From the NCBI GenBank assembly GCA_964016885.1, contig OZ024742.1, forward strand, positions 24,552,001 through 24,616,000: a stretch of DNA of 64,000 bases, written 5' to 3'. The DNA is from Eledone cirrhosa (lineage: Eukaryota). The position numbers were made by a program, and so were the translations under genes. This document shows, piece by piece, positions 1-12,900 of this stretch. The notes beneath the pieces were generated by a model. It searched no databases, was not told the DNA's origin, and worked only from the letters and a program-made list of their open reading frames with translations. Each line of letters opens with the position of its first letter. The stretch's first letter is position 1.

Positions 1-3000
1 GTAAGGCTGAAGGTATGAGATGACTGCTGTGGATTGTGGCTTGTTGTTGTGAGGCTAAAGGTATGAGATGACTGCTGTGGATTGTGGCCTGCTGCTGTAA
101 GGCTGAAGGTATGAGATGACCGCTGTGGATTGTGGCTTGTTGTGAGGCTGAATGTATGAGATGACTGCCGTGGATTGTGGCTTGTTGTGAGGCTGAATGT
201 ATGAGATGACTGCTGTGGATTGTGGCTTGTTGTGAGGTTGAAGGTATGAGATGACTGCTGTGGATTGTGGCCTGTTGCTGTAAGGCTGAAGGTATGAGAA
301 GACTGCTGTGGATTGTGGCCTGTTGCTGTAAGACTGAAGGTATGAGATGACTGCTGTGGATTGTGGCCTGTTGTTGTGAGGCTGAAAATATGAGATGACT
401 GCTGTGGATTGTGGCTTGTTGTTGTGAGGCTGAAGGTATGAGACGACTGCTGTGGATTGTGGCCTGTTGCTGTAAGGCTGAAGGTATGAGATGACTGCTG
501 TGGATTGTGGCTTGTTGTTGTGAGGCTGAAGGTATGAGATGACTGCTGTGGATTGTGGCTTGTTGTTGTGAGGCTGAAGGTATGAGATGACTGCTGTGGA
601 TTGTGGCTTGTTGTGAGGTTGAAGGTATGAGATGACTGCTGTGGATTGTGGCCTGTTGCTGTAAGGCTGAAGGTATGAGATGACTGCTGTGGATTGTGGC
701 CTGCTGCTGTAAGGCTGAAGGTATGAGATGACTGCTGTGGATTGTGGCCTGCTGCTGTAAGGCTGAAGGTATGAGATGACTGCTGTGGATTGTGGCTTGT
801 TGTTGTGAGGCTAAAGGTATGAGATGACTGCTGTGGATTGTGGCCTGCTGCTGTAAGGCTGAAGGTATGAGATGACTGCTGTGGATTGTGGCCTGCTGCT
901 GTAAGGCTGAAGGTATGAGATGACCGCTGTGGATTGTGGCTTGTTGTGAGGCTGAATGTATGAGATGACTGCCGTGGATTGTGGCTTGTTGTGAGGCTGA
1001 ATGTATGAGATGACTGCTGTGGATTGTGGCCTACTGCTGTAAGGCTGAAGGTAGGAGATGTCTGCTGTTGGATTGTGGCCGGTTGCTGTAAGGCTGAAGG
1101 TATGAGATGACTGCTGTGGATTGTGGCCTGTTGTTGTGAGGCTGAAGGTATGAGATGACTGCTGTGGATTGTGGCTTGTTGTTGTGAGGCTGAAGGAATG
1201 AGATTACTGCTGTGGATTGTGGCTTGTTGTTGTGAGGCTGAAGGTATGAGATGACTGCTGTGTATTGTGGCTTGTTGTTGTGAGGTTGAAGGTTTGAGAT
1301 GACTGCTGTGGATTGTGGCCTGCTGCTGTAAGGCTGAAGGTATGAGATGACTGCTGTGTATTGTGGCCTGTTGCTTGAAGGTAGGTGATGACTGCTGTGG
1401 ATTGTGGCCTGCTGCTGTAAGGCTGAAGGTATGAGATGACTGCTGTGGACTGTGGCCTACTGCTGTAAGGCTGAAGGTAGGAGATGTCTGCTGTGGATTG
1501 TGGCCGGTTGCTGTAAGGCTGAAGGTATGAGATGACTGCTGTGGACTGTGGCCTACTGCTGTAAGGCTGAAGGTATGAGATGACTGCTGTGGATTGTGGC
1601 CTGTTACTTGAAGGTAGGAGATGACTGCTGTGGATTGTGGCCTGTTGCTGTAAGGCTGAAGGTATGAGAAGACTGCTGTGGATTGTGGCCTGTTGCTGTA
1701 AGACTGAAGGTATGAGATGACTGCTGTGGATTGTAGCCTGCTGTTGTAAGGCTGAAGGTATGAGATAACTGCTGTGGATTGTGGCCTGCTGTTGTAAGGC
1801 TGAAGGTATGAGATCACTGCTGTGGATTGTGGCCTGTTGCTGGAAGGCTGAAGGTATAAGATGACTGCTGTGGACTGTGGCCTGTTGCTGTGAGGCTGAA
1901 ACTATGAGATGAGTGCTGTGGATTGTGGCCTGTTGCTGTAAGGCTGAAGGAAGGAGATGACTGCTGTGGATTGAGGCTTGTTGCTGTAAGACTGAAGGTA
2001 TGAGATGACTGCTGTGGATTGTGGCCTGTTGCTGTAAGGCTGAAGGTATGAGATGACTGCTGTGGATTGTGGCATGTTGCTGTAAGACTGAAGGTATGAG
2101 ATGACTGCTGTGGACTGTGGCCTACTGCTGTAAGGCTGAAGGTAGGAGATGTCTGCTGTGGATTGTGGCCGGTTGCTGTAAGGCTGAAGGTATGAGATGA
2201 CTGCTGTGGACTGTGGCCTACTGCTGTAAGGCTGAAGGTATGAGATGACTGCTGTGGATTGTGGCCTGTTACTTGAAGGTAGGAGATGACTGCTGTGGAT
2301 TGTGGCCTGTTGCTGTAAGGCTGAAGGTATGAGAAGACTGCTGTGGATTGTGGCCTGTTGCTGTAAGACTGAAGGTATGAGATGACTGCTGTGGATTGTG
2401 GCCTGTTGTTGTGAGGCTGAAAATATGAGATGACTGCTGTGGATTGTGGCTTGTTGTTGTGAGGCTGAAGGTATGAGACGACTGCTGTGGATTGTGGCCT
2501 GTTGCTGTAAGGCTGAAGGTATGAGATGACTGCTGTGGATTGTGGCTTGTTGTTGTGAGGCTGAAGGTATGAGATGACTGCTGTGGATTGTGGCTTGTTG
2601 TTGTGAGGCTGAAGGTATGAGATGACTGCTGTGGATTGTGGCTTGTTGTGAGGTTGAAGGTATGAGATGACTGCTGTGGATTGTGGCCTGTTGCTGTAAG
2701 GCTGAAGGTATGAGATGACTGCTGTGGATTGTGGCCTGCTGCTGTAAGGCTGAAGGTATGAGATGACTGCTGTGGATTGTGGCCTGCTGCTGTAAGGCTG
2801 AAGGTATGAGATGACTGCTGTGGATTGTGGCTTGTTGTTGTGAGGCTAAAGGTATGAGATGACTGCTGTGGATTGTGGCCTGCTGCTGTAAGGCTGAAGG
2901 TATGAGATGACCGCTGTGGATTGTGGCTTGTTGTGAGGCTGAATGTATGAGATGACTGCCGTGGATTGTGGCTTGTTGTGAGGCTGAATGTATGAGATGA

Positions 3001-3264
3001 CTGCTGTGGATTGTGGCTTGTTGTGAGGTTGAAGGTATGAGATGACTGCTGTGGATTGTGGCCTGTTGCTGTAAGGCTGAAGGTATGAGAAGACTGCTGT
3101 GGATTGTGGCCTGTTGCTGTAAGACTGAAGGTATGAGATGACTGCTGTGGATTGTGGCCTGTTGTTGTGAGGCTGAAAATATGAGATGACTGCTGTGGAT
3201 TGTGGCTTGTTGTTGTGAGGCTGAAGGTATGAGACGACTGCTGTGGATTGTGGCCTGTTGCTGT
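1..3264. repeat. Block copied at +10752 (10753-14016); contains one 2791-bp higher-order unit with an internal 756-bp duplication
   Basis: Marker CTAAAG at 55, 811, 2846 versus 10807, 11563, 13598. Marker TCAC (in GATCACT) at 1814 versus 12566. The match ends at 3265. Confidence 0.85.
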
Positions 3265-5129
3265 GTGGCTGAAGGTATGAGATGACTGCTGTGGATTGTG
3301 GCCTGCTGCTGTAAGGCTGAAGGTATGAGATGACTGCTGTGGATTGTGGCCTGCTGCTGTAAGGCTGAAGGTATGAGATGACCGCTGTGGATTGTGGCCT
3401 GCTGCTGTAAGGCTGAAGGTATGAGATGACTGCTGTGGATTGTGGCCTGCTGCTGTAAGGCTGAAGGTATGAGATGACCGCTGTGGATTGTGGCTTGTTG
3501 TGAGGCTGAATGTATGAGATGACTGCCGTGGATTGTGGCTTGTTGTGAGGCTGAATGTATGAGATGACTGCTGTGGATTGTGGCCTACTGCTGTAAGGCT
3601 GAAGGTAGGAGATGTCTGCTGTTGGATTGTGGCCGGTTGCTGTAAGGCTGAAGGTATGAGATGACTGCTGTGGATTGTGGCCTGTTGCTGTAAGGCTGAA
3701 GGTATGAGATGACTGCTGTGGATTGTGGCCTGTTGCTGTAAGACTGAAGCTATGAGATGACTGCTGTGGATTGTAGCCTGTTGCTGTAAGTCTGAAGGTA
3801 TGAGATGACTGCTGTGGATTGTGGCCTGTTGCTGTAAGCCTGAAGGTATGAGATGACTGCTGTGGATTGTGGCATGTTGCTGTAAGGCTGAAGGTATGAG
3901 ATGACTGCTGTGGATTGTGGCCTGTTGCTGTAAGACTGAAGGTATGAGATGACTGCTGTGGATTGTAGCCTGCTGCTGTAAGGCTGAAGGTATGAGATAA
4001 CTGCTGTGGATTGTGGCCTGTTGCTGTAAGGCTGAAGGTATGAGATGACTGCTGTGGATTGTGGCCTGTTGCTGTAAGACTGAAGCTATGAGATGACTGC
4101 TGTGGATTGTAGCCTGTTGCTGTAAGTCTGAAGCTATGAGATGACTGCTGTGGATTGTAGCCTGTTGCTGTAAGTCTGAAGGTATGAGATGACTGCTGTG
4201 GATTGTGGCATGTTGCTGTAAGGCTGAAGGTATGAGATGACTGCTGTGGATTGTGGCCTGTTGCTGTAAGACTGAAGGTATGAGATGACTGCTGTGGATT
4301 GTAGCCTGCTGCTGTAAGGCTGAAGGTATGAGATAACTGCTGTGGATTGAGGCTTGTTGTCGTGAGGCTGAAGGTATGAGATGACTGCTGTGGATTGTGG
4401 CCTGCTGTCGTGAGGCTGAAGGTATGAGATGATTGCTGTGGATTGTGGCCTGTTGCAGTAAGGCTGAAGGTATGAGATGACTGCTGTGGATTGTGGCCTG
4501 CTGCTGTAAGGCTGAAGGTATGAGATGACTGCTGTGGATTGAGGCTTGTTGTCGTGAGGCTGAAGGTATGAGATGACTGCTGTGGATTGTGGCTTGTTGT
4601 CGTGAGGCTGAAGGTATGAGATGACTGCTGTGGATTGTGGCCTGCTGTTGTAAGGCTGAAGGTATGAGATGACTGCTGTGGATTGTGGCCTGCTGCTGTA
4701 AGGCTGAAGGTATGAGATGACTGCTGTGGATTGAGGCTTGTTGTTGTGAGGCTGAAGGTATGAGATGACTGCTGTGGATTGTGGCTTGTTGTCGTGAGGC
4801 TGAAGGTATGAGATGACTGCTGTGGATTGTGGCCTGTTGCTGTAAGGCTGAAGGTATGAGATGACTGCTGTGGATTGTGGCCTGCTGCTGTAAGGCTGAA
4901 GGTATGAGATGACTGCTGTGGATTGTGGCCTGCTGCTGTAAGGCTGAAGGTATGAGATGACTGCTGTGGATTGTGGCCTGCTGCTGTAAGGCTGAAGGTA
5001 TGAGATGACTGCTGTGGATTGTGGCCTGCTGCTGTAAGGCTGAAGGTATGAGATGACTGCTGTGGATTGTGGCCTGCTGTTGTAAGGCTGAAGGTATGAG
5101 ATGACTGCTGTGGATTGTGGCCTGTTGTT

Positions 5130-8100
5130 GTTAGGCTGAAGGTATGAGATGACTGCTGTGGATTGTGGCTTGTTGTCGTGAGGCTGAAGGTATGAGATGA
5201 CTGCTGTGGATTGTGGCCTGTTGCTGTAAGGCTGAAGGTATGAGATGACTGCTGTGGATTGTGGCCTGCTGCTGTAAGGCTGAAGGTATGAGATGACTGC
5301 TGTGGATTGTGGCTTGTTGTTGTGAGGCTGAATGTATGAGATGACTGCTGTGGATGGTGGCCTGCTGCAGTAAGGCTGAAGGTATGAGATGACTGCTGTG
5401 GATTGTGGCATGTTGCTGTAAGGCTGATGGTATGAGATTACTGCTGTGGATTGTGGCCTGTTGCTGTAAGACTGAAGGTATGAGATGACTGCTGTGGATT
5501 GTAGCCTGCTGCTGTAAGGCTGAAGGTATGAGATAACTGCTGTGGATTGTGGCCTGCTGCTGTAAGCCTGAAGGTATGAGATCACTGCTGTGGATTGTGG
5601 CCTGTTGCTGTGAGGCTGAAACTATGAGATGACTGCTGTGCATTGTGGCCTGTTGCTGTAAGGCTGAAGGTAGGAGATGACTGCTGTGGATTGTGGCCTG
5701 TTGCTGAGTGGCTGAAGGTATGAGATGACTGCTGTGGATTGTGGCCTGTTGCTGTAAGACTGAAGCTATGAGATGACTGCTGTGGATTGTTGCCTGTTGC
5801 TGTAAGGCGGAAGCTATGAGATGAATGCTGTGGATTGTGGCCTGTTGCTGTGTGGCTGAAGGTATGAGCTAACTGCTGTGGATTGTGGCCTGTTGCTGTA
5901 AGCCTGAAGATATGAGATGACGGCTCTGGATTGTGGCCTGTTGCTGTAAAGCTGAAGGTATGAGATGACTGCTGTGGATTGTGGCATGTTGCTGTGTTGC
6001 TGAAGGTATGAGATGACTGCTGTGGATTGTGGCCTGTTGCTTAGTGGCTCAAGGTATGAGATGACTGATGTGGATTGTTGCCTGTTGTTGTGAGGCTGAA
6101 AATATGAGATGACTGCTGTGGATTGTGGCTTGTTGTTGTGAGGCTGAAGGTATCAGATGACTGCTGTGGATTGTGGATTGTTGTTGTGAGGCTGAAGGTA
6201 TGAGATGACTGCTGTGGATTGTGGGCGGCTGCTGTAAGACTGAAGGTATGAGATGACTGCTGTGGATTGTGGCCTGTTGCTGTAAGGCTGAAGGTATGAG
6301 ATGTCTGCTGTGGATAGTGGCCTGCTGCTGTAAGGCTGAAGGTATGAGATGACTGCTGTGGATTGTGGCCTGTTGTTGTGAGGCTGAAGGTGTGAGATGA
6401 CTGCTGTGGATTGTGGCTTGTTGTTGTGAGGCTGAAGGTATGAGAAGACTGCTGTGGATTGTGGCTTGTTGTTGTGAGGCTGAAGGTATGAGATGACTGC
6501 TGTGGATTGTGGCTTGTTGTTGTGAGGCTGAAGGTTTGAGATGACTGCTGTGGATTGTGGCCTGCTGCTGTAAGGCTGAAGGTATGAGATGACTGCTGTG
6601 TATTGTGGCCTGTTGCTTGAAGGTAGGTGATGACTGCTGTGGTTTGTGGCCGGCTGCTGTAAGGCTGAAGGTATGAGATGACTGCTGTGGATTGTGGCCT
6701 ACTGCTTTAAGGCTGAAGGTAGGAGATGTCTGCTGTGGATTGTGGCCGGTTGCTGTAAGGCTGAAGGGATGAGATGACTGCTGTGAATTGTGGCCTGTTG
6801 CTTGAATGTAGTAGATGACTGCTGTGGATTGTGGCCTGTTGCTGTAAGGCTGAAGGTATGAGATGACTGCTGTGGATTGTGGCTTGTTGCTGTAAGACTG
6901 AAGCTATGAGATGACTGCTGTGGATTGTAGCCTGTTGCTGTAAGTCTGAAGGTATGAGATGACTGCTGTGGATTGTGGCATGTTGCTGTAAGGCTGAAGG
7001 TATGAGATGACTGCTGTGGATTGTGGCCTGTTGCTGTAAGACTGAAGGTATGAGATGACTGCTGTGGATTGTAGCCTGCTGCTGTAAGGCTGAAGGTATG
7101 AGATAACTGCTGTGGATTGTGGCCTGTTGCTGTAAGGCTGAAGGTATGAGATGACTGCTGTGGACTGTTGCCTGTTGCTGTGAGGCTGAAACTATGAGAT
7201 GAGTGCTGTGGATTGTGGTCTGTTGCTGTAAGGCTGAAGGTAGGAGATGACTGCTGTGGATTGAGGCTTGTTGCTGTAAGACTGAAGCTATGAGATGACT
7301 GCTGTGGATTGTTGGCTGTTGCTGTAAGGCTGAAGGAAGGAGATGACTGCTGTGGATTGAGGCTTGTTGCTGTAAGGCTGAAGGTATGAGATGACTGCTG
7401 TGGACTCTGGCCTGTTGCTGTAAGGCTGAAGGTATGAGATAACTCTGTGGATTGTGGCCTGTTGCTGTGTGGCTGAAGGTATGAGATGACGGCTGTGGAT
7501 TGTTGCATGTTGCTGTGTGGCTGAAGGTATGAGATGACTGCTATGGATTGTGGCCTGTTGCTTAGTGGCTCAAGGTATGAAATGACTGCTGTGTATTGTG
7601 GCCTTTTGTTGTGAGGCTGAAAATATGAGATGACTGCTGTGGATTGTGGCTTGTTGTTGTGAGGCTGAAGGTATGAGATGACTGCTGTGGATTGTGGCCT
7701 GTTGCTGTAAGGCTGAAGGTATGAGATGACTGCTGTGGATTGTGGCTTGTTGTTGTGAGGTTGAAGGTATGAGATGACTGCTGTGGATTGTGGCCTGTTG
7801 CTGTAAGGCTGAAGGTATGAGATGACTGCTGTGGATTGTGGCCTGCTGCTGTAAGGCTGAAGGTATGACATGACTGCTGTGGATTGTGGCCTGCTGCTGT
7901 AAGACTGAAGGTATGAGATGACCGCTGTGGATTGTGGCTTGTTGTTGTGAGGCTGAAGGTATGAGATGAATGCTGTGGATTGTGGCTTGTTGTTGTGAGG
8001 CTGAAGGTATGAGATGACTGCTGTGGATTGTGGCCTGTTGCTCTAAGACTGAAGGTATGAGATCACTGCTGTGGATTGTGGCCTGTTGCTGTAAGGCTGA

Positions 8101-9958
8101 AGGTATGAAATGACTGCTGTGGACTGTGGCCTGTTGCTGTGAGGCTGAAACTATAAGATGACTGCTGTGGATTGTGGCCTGTTGCTGTAAGGCTGAAGGT
8201 AGGAGATGACTGCTGTGGATTGTGGCCTGTTGCTGTAAGACTGAAGCTATGAGATGACTGCTGTGGATTGTGGCCTGTTGCTGTAAGATTGAAGCTATGA
8301 GATGACTGCTGTGGATTGTTGCCTCTTGCTGTAAGGCGGAAGCTATGAGATGCATGCTGTGGACTGTGGCCTGTTGCTGTGTGGCTGAAGGTATGAGCTA
8401 AGTGCTGTGGATTGTGGCCTGTTGCTGTAAGCCTGAAGATATGAGATGACGGCTCTGGATTGTCGCTTGTTGCTGTAAGGCTGAAGGGATGAGATTACTT
8501 TGTGGATTGTGGCCTGTTGCTGTGTGGCTGAAGGTATGAGATGACTGCTGTGGATTGTGGCATGTTGCTGTGTGGCTGAAGGTATGAGATGACTGCTGTG
8601 GATTGTGGCCTGTTGCTTAGTGGCTCAAGGTATGAGATGACTGATGTCGATTGTGGCCTGTTGTTGTGAGGCTGAAAATATGAGATGACTGCTGTGGATT
8701 GTGGCTTGTTGTTGTGAGGCTGAAGGTATGAGATGACTGCTGTGGATTGTGGATTGTTGTTGTGAGGCTGAAGGTATGAGATGACTGCTGTGGATTGTGG
8801 CCTGCTGCTGTAAGGCTGAAGGTATGAGATGACTGCTGTGGATTGTGGCCTGCTGCTGTAAGGCTGAAGGTATGAGATGACTGCTGTGGATTGTGGCCTG
8901 CTGCTGTAAGGCTGAAGGTATGAGATGACTGCTGTGGATTGTGGCCGGCTGCTGTAAGGCTGAAGGTATGAGATGACTGCTGTGGATTGTGGCCTGTTCC
9001 TGTAAGGCTGAAGGTATGAGATGTCTGCTGTGGATAATGGCCTGCTGCTGTAAGGCTGAAGTATGAGATGACTGCTGTGGATTGTGGCCTGTTGTTGTGA
9101 GGCTGAAGGTATGAGATGACTGCTGTGGATTGTGGCTTGTTGTTGTGAGGCTGAAGGAATGAGATTACTGCTGTGGATTGTGGCTTGTTGTTGTGAGGCT
9201 GAAGGTATGAGATGACTGCTGTGTATTGTGGCTTGTTGTTGTGAGGTTGAAGGTTTGAGATGACTGCTGTGGATTGTGGCCTGCTGCTGTAAGGCTGAAG
9301 GTATGAGATGACTGCTGTGTATTGTGGCCTGTTGCTTGAAGGTAGGTGATGACTGCTGTGGATTGTGGCCTGCTGCTGTAAGGCTGAAGGTATGAGATGA
9401 CTGCTGTGGACTGTGGCCTACTGCTGTAAGGCTGAAGGTAGGAGATGTCTGCTGTGGATTGTGGCCGGTTGCTGTAAGGCTGAAGGTATGAGATGACTGC
9501 TGTGGACTGTGGCCTACTGCTGTAAGGCTGAAGGTATGAGATGACTGCTGTGGATTGTGGCCTGTTACTTGAAGGTAGGAGATGACTGCTGTGGATTGTG
9601 GCCTGTTGCTGTAAGGCTGAAGGTATGAGAAGACTGCTGTGGATTGTGGCCTGTTGCTGTAAGACTGAAGGTATGAGATGACTGCTGTGGATTGTAGCCT
9701 GCTGTTGTAAGGCTGAAGGTATGAGATAACTGCTGTGGATTGTGGCCTGCTGTTGTAAGGCTGAAGGTATGAGATCACTGCTGTGGATTGTGGCCTGTTG
9801 CTGGAAGGCTGAAGGTATAAGATGACTGCTGTGGACTGTGGCCTGTTGCTGTGAGGCTGAAACTATGAGATGAGTGCTGTGGATTGTGGCCTGTTGCTGT
9901 AAGGCTGAAGGAAGGAGATGACTGCTGTGGATTGAGGCTTGTTGCTGTAAGACTGAAG
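5130..9958. repeat. About 4.8-kb block recopied at about 18560-23582 (offsets 13480, 13528 and 13624, stepping by whole monomers)
   Basis: ORF boundaries 5585/19065, 5643/19123, 6699/20179 (+13480) and 7871/21399 (+13528). Marker GGGATGAGATTACTTTG, with its TTA at 8495/22119 (+13624). Confidence 0.85.
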
Positions 9959-12900
9959 GTATGAGATGACTGCTGTGGATTGTGGCCTGTTGCTGTAAGG
10001 CTGAAGGTATGAGATGACTGCTGTGGATTGTGGCATGTTGCTGTAAGACTGAAGGTATGAGATGACTGCTGTGGACTGTGGCCTACTGCTGTAAGGCTGA
10101 AGGTAGGAGATGTCTGCTGTGGATTGTGGCCGGTTGCTGTAAGGCTGAAGGTATGAGATGACTGCTGTGGACTGTGGCCTACTGCTGTAAGGCTGAAGGT
10201 ATGAGATGACTGCTGTGGATTGTGGCCTGTTACTTGAAGGTAGGAGATGACTGCTGTGGATTGTGGCCTGTTGCTGTAAGGCTGAAGGTATGAGAAGACT
10301 GCTGTGGATTGTGGCCTGTTGCTGTAAGACTGAAGGTATGAGATGACTGCTGTGGATTGTGGCCTGTTGTTGTGAGGCTGAAAATATGAGATGACTGCTG
10401 TGGATTGTGGCTTGTTGTTGTGAGGCTGAAGGTATGAGACGACTGCTGTGGATTGTGGCCTGTTGCTGTAAGGCTGAAGGTATGAGATGACTGCTGTGGA
10501 TTGTGGCTTGTTGTTGTGAGGCTGAAGGTATGAGATGACTGCTGTGGATTGTGGCTTGTTGTTGTGAGGCTGAAGGTATGAGATGACTGCTGTGGATTGT
10601 GGCTTGTTGTGAGGTTGAAGGTATGAGATGACTGCTGTGGATTGTGGCCTGTTGCTGTAAGGCTGAAGGTATGAGATGACTGCTGTGGATTGTGGCCTGC
10701 TGCTGTAAGGCTGAAGGTATGAGATGACTGCTGTGGATTGTGGCCTGCTGCTGTAAGGCTGAAGGTATGAGATGACTGCTGTGGATTGTGGCTTGTTGTT
10801 GTGAGGCTAAAGGTATGAGATGACTGCTGTGGATTGTGGCCTGCTGCTGTAAGGCTGAAGGTATGAGATGACCGCTGTGGATTGTGGCTTGTTGTGAGGC
10901 TGAATGTATGAGATGACTGCCGTGGATTGTGGCTTGTTGTGAGGCTGAATGTATGAGATGACTGCTGTGGATTGTGGCTTGTTGTGAGGTTGAAGGTATG
11001 AGATGACTGCTGTGGATTGTGGCCTGTTGCTGTAAGGCTGAAGGTATGAGAAGACTGCTGTGGATTGTGGCCTGTTGCTGTAAGACTGAAGGTATGAGAT
11101 GACTGCTGTGGATTGTGGCCTGTTGTTGTGAGGCTGAAAATATGAGATGACTGCTGTGGATTGTGGCTTGTTGTTGTGAGGCTGAAGGTATGAGACGACT
11201 GCTGTGGATTGTGGCCTGTTGCTGTAAGGCTGAAGGTATGAGATGACTGCTGTGGATTGTGGCTTGTTGTTGTGAGGCTGAAGGTATGAGATGACTGCTG
11301 TGGATTGTGGCTTGTTGTTGTGAGGCTGAAGGTATGAGATGACTGCTGTGGATTGTGGCTTGTTGTGAGGTTGAAGGTATGAGATGACTGCTGTGGATTG
11401 TGGCCTGTTGCTGTAAGGCTGAAGGTATGAGATGACTGCTGTGGATTGTGGCCTGCTGCTGTAAGGCTGAAGGTATGAGATGACTGCTGTGGATTGTGGC
11501 CTGCTGCTGTAAGGCTGAAGGTATGAGATGACTGCTGTGGATTGTGGCTTGTTGTTGTGAGGCTAAAGGTATGAGATGACTGCTGTGGATTGTGGCCTGC
11601 TGCTGTAAGGCTGAAGGTATGAGATGACTGCTGTGGATTGTGGCCTGCTGCTGTAAGGCTGAAGGTATGAGATGACCGCTGTGGATTGTGGCTTGTTGTG
11701 AGGCTGAATGTATGAGATGACTGCCGTGGATTGTGGCTTGTTGTGAGGCTGAATGTATGAGATGACTGCTGTGGATTGTGGCCTACTGCTGTAAGGCTGA
11801 AGGTAGGAGATGTCTGCTGTTGGATTGTGGCCGGTTGCTGTAAGGCTGAAGGTATGAGATGACTGCTGTGGATTGTGGCCTGTTGTTGTGAGGCTGAAGG
11901 TATGAGATGACTGCTGTGGATTGTGGCTTGTTGTTGTGAGGCTGAAGGAATGAGATTACTGCTGTGGATTGTGGCTTGTTGTTGTGAGGCTGAAGGTATG
12001 AGATGACTGCTGTGTATTGTGGCTTGTTGTTGTGAGGTTGAAGGTTTGAGATGACTGCTGTGGATTGTGGCCTGCTGCTGTAAGGCTGAAGGTATGAGAT
12101 GACTGCTGTGTATTGTGGCCTGTTGCTTGAAGGTAGGTGATGACTGCTGTGGATTGTGGCCTGCTGCTGTAAGGCTGAAGGTATGAGATGACTGCTGTGG
12201 ACTGTGGCCTACTGCTGTAAGGCTGAAGGTAGGAGATGTCTGCTGTGGATTGTGGCCGGTTGCTGTAAGGCTGAAGGTATGAGATGACTGCTGTGGACTG
12301 TGGCCTACTGCTGTAAGGCTGAAGGTATGAGATGACTGCTGTGGATTGTGGCCTGTTACTTGAAGGTAGGAGATGACTGCTGTGGATTGTGGCCTGTTGC
12401 TGTAAGGCTGAAGGTATGAGAAGACTGCTGTGGATTGTGGCCTGTTGCTGTAAGACTGAAGGTATGAGATGACTGCTGTGGATTGTAGCCTGCTGTTGTA
12501 AGGCTGAAGTTATGAGATAACTGCTGTGGATTGTGGCCTGCTGTTGTAAGGCTGAAGGTATGAGATCACTGCTGTGGATTGTGGCCTGTTGCTGGAAGGC
12601 TGAAGGTATAAGATGACTGCTGTGGACTGTGGCCTGTTGCTGTGAGGCTGAAACTATGAGATGAGTGCTGTGGATTGTGGCCTGTTGCTGTAAGGCTGAA
12701 GGAAGGAGATGACTGCTGTGGATTGAGGCTTGTTGCTGTAAGACTGAAGGTATGAGATGACTGCTGTGGATTGTGGCCTGTTGCTGTAAGGCTGAAGGTA
12801 TGAGATGACTGCTGTGGATTGTGGCATGTTGCTGTAAGACTGAAGGTATGAGATGACTGCTGTGGACTGTGGCCTACTGCTGTAAGGCTGAAGGTAGGAG

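Noticed and set aside
26-40. Chi-like GCTGTGG, SV40 enhancer-core GTGGATTG (GTGGWWWG) and RUNX-like TGTGGC motifs in the monomer
   Set aside because: These are short or imperfect matches expected in TG-rich DNA, and nothing in the window supports function.
55-10807. The 10752-bp offset equals exactly 224 x 48
   Set aside because: The interval contains many 41-, 45-, 47- and 49-bp monomers, so the exact multiple is probably coincidental. Other offsets (2791, 3593, 7911) are not multiples of 48.
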